DNA of 64,000 nt from Candidatus Limnocylindrus sp. (GTDB taxonomy: Bacteria > Chloroflexota > Limnocylindria > Limnocylindrales > Limnocylindraceae): positions 57,976 to 121,975 of the forward strand of contig JBBAWM010000001.1 of assembly GCA_040397175.1 (NCBI GenBank), in the 5' to 3' direction. Below the pieces are notes generated by a model, which was given only the letters and a program-made list of their open reading frames with translations, made no database searches and was not told where the DNA came from. Below, piece after piece: positions 60,658 through 64,000 of this stretch (position 1 is its first letter; each line of letters opens with the position of its first letter). A program made the position numbers and the translations under genes.

Positions 60658-62397
60658 ATGAACCCAATCGCACGCCTTCGCGCCAGAGCCGCCGCCCGGT
60701 ACCAGGCCGCCGACAAGACAGCGCTCACCAACCTCTCGTTCGTGTTGGCAATCGCCCTGACAGCGGTGCTCCTCGTTGGCTATGCCGGCTACACCGTGTA
60801 CAACGGCACCTTGGCCTCCGCGGTCGAGGTCAACAACGCATCGATCAACAAGTCGGAGGCGAAGGGCCGTGCCGAGGTCACCGCATTCCAACTTGCCGTG
60901 CAAGGTGCACGGATCCGTGCCCGGGTTGCCGCTGGCACCATGACGAACACGGCGGGTGATACCGCGCTCCAGGCGCTGAACAATCAGGCGCAGGCGATTA
61001 GCACTCAGGTCACGGCCGATATGGTCGACACCCTCCTCATCCGTGACCTTGCCGCCGCAAATGGCATCACCGTTGACCCTGCCGCAGCTGCCGCCGAATG
61101 GGCGAAGGAGACGATGCTCCCAGAGTTGCGCCTCTTCCGCCGCATTAGCATCGATGCAGCCAACGATCCAAAGACGAAGAAGCCGACCGCTGCGACACGA
61201 GCGGCAGCGAAGGCAAAGGCCGACGCGATCTTGGCCGAGCTCAAGGCGGGTGGGGACTTTGCCGCAGCTGCCAAGCGGGATTCAACCGACGCATTTGCCG
61301 AACTCGGTGGGCTCGTTGGATGGAGCACGCGGGCCGAAGATCCAGCCGACGACCTTGGCTATACAGCCGCGTGGGCGCTCGTTCCATCAGCCGATGGTGC
61401 TGGTCAGCCGATCACGGACGTCATTGCTCGGACTGAGAATCAGTTCGTCATCTTCCGACTCGAGAAGTCCCAGGCATCCAAGCTCGATCCAGACTTTGAG
61501 AAGCAGGTGAGTGATGCAGGGATCGATCGCGGCCTCTACCAGCGCATGACTGAGGAGCGCGCGTTGAAGACCGCCCTCAGCGACAAGATCACCGCTCAGC
61601 TGCTGGTTGGTCCAGTAGAGCAGCGTGAGGTGAGCTACGTAGCCGCCTCAGTTCCAACAAAGGATGAGGCGGAGATCCAGGTGAGCCACATTCTCTTTAG
61701 CCCCAAGAACGATCCCAACACTGCGGCTGACCTTGACCCAGCTGACCCGGCCTGGGCAGCCGCCGAGAAAGAGGCGAGCGACCTGGTGGCGCGCTTGAAG
61801 GCTGGTGCCAACTTCGCTACCGAGGCGAAGAAGAGCGACGACACGACATCCGGTGCCGACGGCGGCCTCCTCGCGTGGACGCCGAAGGGCACCTATGTCC
61901 CAGAATTCGAGGCCGCAATTTGGGCGAACGGTGTGCAGCACAACGATATCCTCGGGCCAATCAAGACGCAGTTTGGCTATCACGTGATTAAGTTCGACGC
62001 GCGGCGCCCTTCGTTGAAGGATCGTCTCGACGAGCTTGCCAAGACGCTTGCCGTCGATGGCGTTGACTTCAAGAAGGCAGCGACAACCGCGACCACCACC
62101 ATCGGGGAGCTCACCTACGCTAGCCCATTATTTGTTGCGAAGTCCACGCTCAACCCAGATCTGGGCGGTGTTGTCTGGGGGCTAAAATCGAACGGCACGA
62201 GTGCCGTGGTCGAGAGTTCAAAGACCTATCTCATCGTGCACGTTGGCGGGATTGAAACACGCGCGTTGACCGCAGACCAAGTGAAGCAGATCACAGCGAA
62301 CGGCTTCTCGATCTGGCTCGACCGATACCGCACTGCGGCGCGCGTGGCGGTTGATGGCAACGTGGTGCAGGAGGCTGGGGCTTCGCCAACTCCGTGA
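60658..62397 (+). CDS. Membrane-anchored parvulin-type peptidyl-prolyl isomerase (PrsA/SurA-like, two rotamase domains)
   Basis: N-terminal TM; GGDFAAAAKRDSTD..GG.VGW; VSHILF, FATEAKKSDD..GGLL.W, YVPEFE, IKTQFGYHVIK. Confidence 0.88.
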   Translation: MNPIARLRARAAARYQAADKTALTNLSFVLAIALTAVLLVGYAGYTVYNGTLASAVEVNNASINKSEAKGRAEVTAFQLAVQGARIRARVAAGTMTNTAGDTALQALNNQAQAISTQVTADMVDTLLIRDLAAANGITVDPAAAAAEWAKETMLPELRLFRRISIDAANDPKTKKPTAATRAAAKAKADAILAELKAGGDFAAAAKRDSTDAFAELGGLVGWSTRAEDPADDLGYTAAWALVPSADGAGQPITDVIARTENQFVIFRLEKSQASKLDPDFEKQVSDAGIDRGLYQRMTEERALKTALSDKITAQLLVGPVEQREVSYVAASVPTKDEAEIQVSHILFSPKNDPNTAADLDPADPAWAAAEKEASDLVARLKAGANFATEAKKSDDTTSGADGGLLAWTPKGTYVPEFEAAIWANGVQHNDILGPIKTQFGYHVIKFDARRPSLKDRLDELAKTLAVDGVDFKKAATTATTTIGELTYASPLFVAKSTLNPDLGGVVWGLKSNGTSAVVESSKTYLIVHVGGIETRALTADQVKQITANGFSIWLDRYRTAARVAVDGNVVQEAGASPTP

Positions 62398-63623
62398 CCG
62401 CGAAGGGTCTCGGCCGATCACTCGACGCGCTCATCGCGGTGGCAGGGCGCGTTGATCCCACCCTCAATCCGGCGGGTGGGATCACGATCGTTTCGTTGCG
62501 CCACTGTGGAGCAACGGCTTTCGACACTGCTCGACCCCTCATCGTGCTCCTCGACACCGACGACAGTGATCAAGCCCTCCCCGGTCGTCGTGGCACAGGC
62601 TGGGAACTCCTCACGCGCCTCTATGGTGCTGACCGTGTGGTGACGTTGCTTCCGAGTGGGGAACGCGGCACGGTTGCCACCTGCGAAGCGGGCGGCACGG
62701 GCGACGACCAGGCCATCTACGTGGCCGGCCTTGCGCCGCTCGAAGCGCTCGCCTCGCCCTGGACGATGCCGTGGCTGAGCGCCCGACTTCGTGCCCCCGA
62801 TGGTTGCCCCTGGGATCGCGAGCAGACTCATGCCTCGTTGGCGAAACACCTGATTGAGGAGGCGTGGGAGCTTAATGATGCAATCATGGAGCTAGATGCG
62901 GCCAGCGACGCAGAGCGACCACGAGCCACGGCGCACCTTGCGGAAGAGCTCGGTGATGTGTTGTTGCAGGTGGTGCTGCACGCACAGATCGCGCACGAGC
63001 GCGGCGACTTTGACCTTACCGATGTACACGACGGCCTCGTACGCAAGATCGTACGACGGCACCCACACGTCTTCGGTGAGGCCAGCGCGGCGACCACGCG
63101 AGATGTGCAGCGAAACTGGGAGGCGATCAAGGCAAGCGAGCGGGCTGCAGCTGGCACCGATGAGAAGGTACCGAGTGCACTTGATGGTGTGAGCCGTGGA
63201 CTCCCAGCGCTCTCGGCGAGCCGTGAGCTCCAAGACCGCGCCAGCGCCGTCGGCTACGACTGGCCCAACCTTGACGGCGTACGGGCGAAGATCAGCGAAG
63301 AGTTGGCAGAGCTTGACGAGGCGCTCGCCGAGGCTGGCCACCCTGATCAGATCACCAGCACGCCAGCGCGCAGTGCAGCAGCGTTGGCGCATGCGCAGGA
63401 GGAGCTGGGCGACGTGCTCGCGGTGATCGTGAACCTGGGTCGGCGGAGCGGCATTGACGCCGAGGCTGCCTTGCGCGGGGCCAACGATAAGTTCCGACGC
63501 CGCTTCGGTGACGTTGAGCGTCGTGCCGCTTCGCGCGGGATCTCCCTAAAAGATGCAGACTTCACCACATTAGATGCGCTCTGGGATGAGGCAAAAGCCG
63601 CCGAGCGTGAAGCGAAAGGGTAG
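62394..63623 (+). CDS. mazG: Nucleoside triphosphate pyrophosphohydrolase MazG with YabN-like N-terminal remnant
   Basis: [49 protein letters not shown]. Confidence 0.92.
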   Translation: MTAKGLGRSLDALIAVAGRVDPTLNPAGGITIVSLRHCGATAFDTARPLIVLLDTDDSDQALPGRRGTGWELLTRLYGADRVVTLLPSGERGTVATCEAGGTGDDQAIYVAGLAPLEALASPWTMPWLSARLRAPDGCPWDREQTHASLAKHLIEEAWELNDAIMELDAASDAERPRATAHLAEELGDVLLQVVLHAQIAHERGDFDLTDVHDGLVRKIVRRHPHVFGEASAATTRDVQRNWEAIKASERAAAGTDEKVPSALDGVSRGLPALSASRELQDRASAVGYDWPNLDGVRAKISEELAELDEALAEAGHPDQITSTPARSAAALAHAQEELGDVLAVIVNLGRRSGIDAEAALRGANDKFRRRFGDVERRAASRGISLKDADFTTLDALWDEAKAAEREAKG

Positions 63624-63627
63624 GGGC

Positions 63628-64000
63628 ATGATGAGCAAGGAACGAGCAGACGGGCGCGCGGTCAACCAGCTCCGCGATCTAAAGATTGAACTCGGTGTGC
63701 AGAAGTGGGCCGAAGGTTCGGCGATCATCTCTGTCGGCAACACCGTCGTGATCTGCTCTGCCTCCATTGAGGAGCGCGTGCCGCCACACCTTCGCGGCAA
63801 GGGCACCGGATGGGTCACCGCCGAATACAGCATGCTGCCGCGCGCAACCAACACCCGCTCCGATCGCGAGGCGGTCCGCGGCAAACTTGGCGGTCGCACC
63901 CATGAGATCCAGCGCCTGATCGGCCGTGCCCTTCGCCAGTCGGTTGACCTCTCTAAAATTGGTGAGCGTTCGATTCTCATTGACTGTGACGTGCTTGTTG
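63628..64000 (+). CDS. rph: Ribonuclease PH, N-terminal part (runs off the window end)
   Basis: Not in the ORF track. Manual translation [16 protein letters not shown]...[14 protein letters not shown]...[38 protein letters not shown]. Confidence 0.95.
   Translation, partial: MMSKERADGRAVNQLRDLKIELGVQKWAEGSAIISVGNTVVICSASIEERVPPHLRGKGTGWVTAEYSMLPRATNTRSDREAVRGKLGGRTHEIQRLIGRALRQSVDLSKIGERSILIDCDVLV

Overview
A gene-dense, high-GC (roughly 60-65% by eye) bacterial chromosomal segment with about 58 CDSs, very short or overlapping intergenic gaps, and no rRNA, tRNA, CRISPR, integrase or transposase that I could find. The gene mix (GuaB3, UPF0182, OpcA, Ycf45-like R3H ATPase, YabN-like MazG, PdxST, SipW) suggests a streamlined monoderm-type organism, possibly Chloroflexota; this is inference only. 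Most of the content is housekeeping: citrate synthase, aspC, manA, livKHMGF, pstSCAB, tdk, an oxidative pentose-phosphate operon (tkt-rpiB-pgi-gnd-zwf-opcA-pgl), an ABC-2 exporter, pyrG, transaldolase, rho, M23/LysM, obgE-nadD-rsfS, galE, cca, pdxST, tmk, guaB3-guaA, radC, mreBC, wzm/wzt, a PPIase, mazG and rph. The best novelty candidate is a three-gene module at 18827-21053: a TasA-like subunit, a SipW-type signal peptidase fused to a second TasA-like domain, and a LamG-like protein with a SipW-class signal. Together they may build a self-processing surface fibre. Other oddities: a LivG ATPase with an inserted hydrophobic hairpin; a DING-like, Cys-rich PstS under a tandem PHO-box-like array; a degenerate NMT1-like lipoprotein coupled to pstB; a structured leader before livK; and widespread leaderless-type promoters (TANNNT 6-7 nt before ATG), several of which reuse the upstream gene's stop codon. 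All annotations come from motif recognition by eye; no searches were run.
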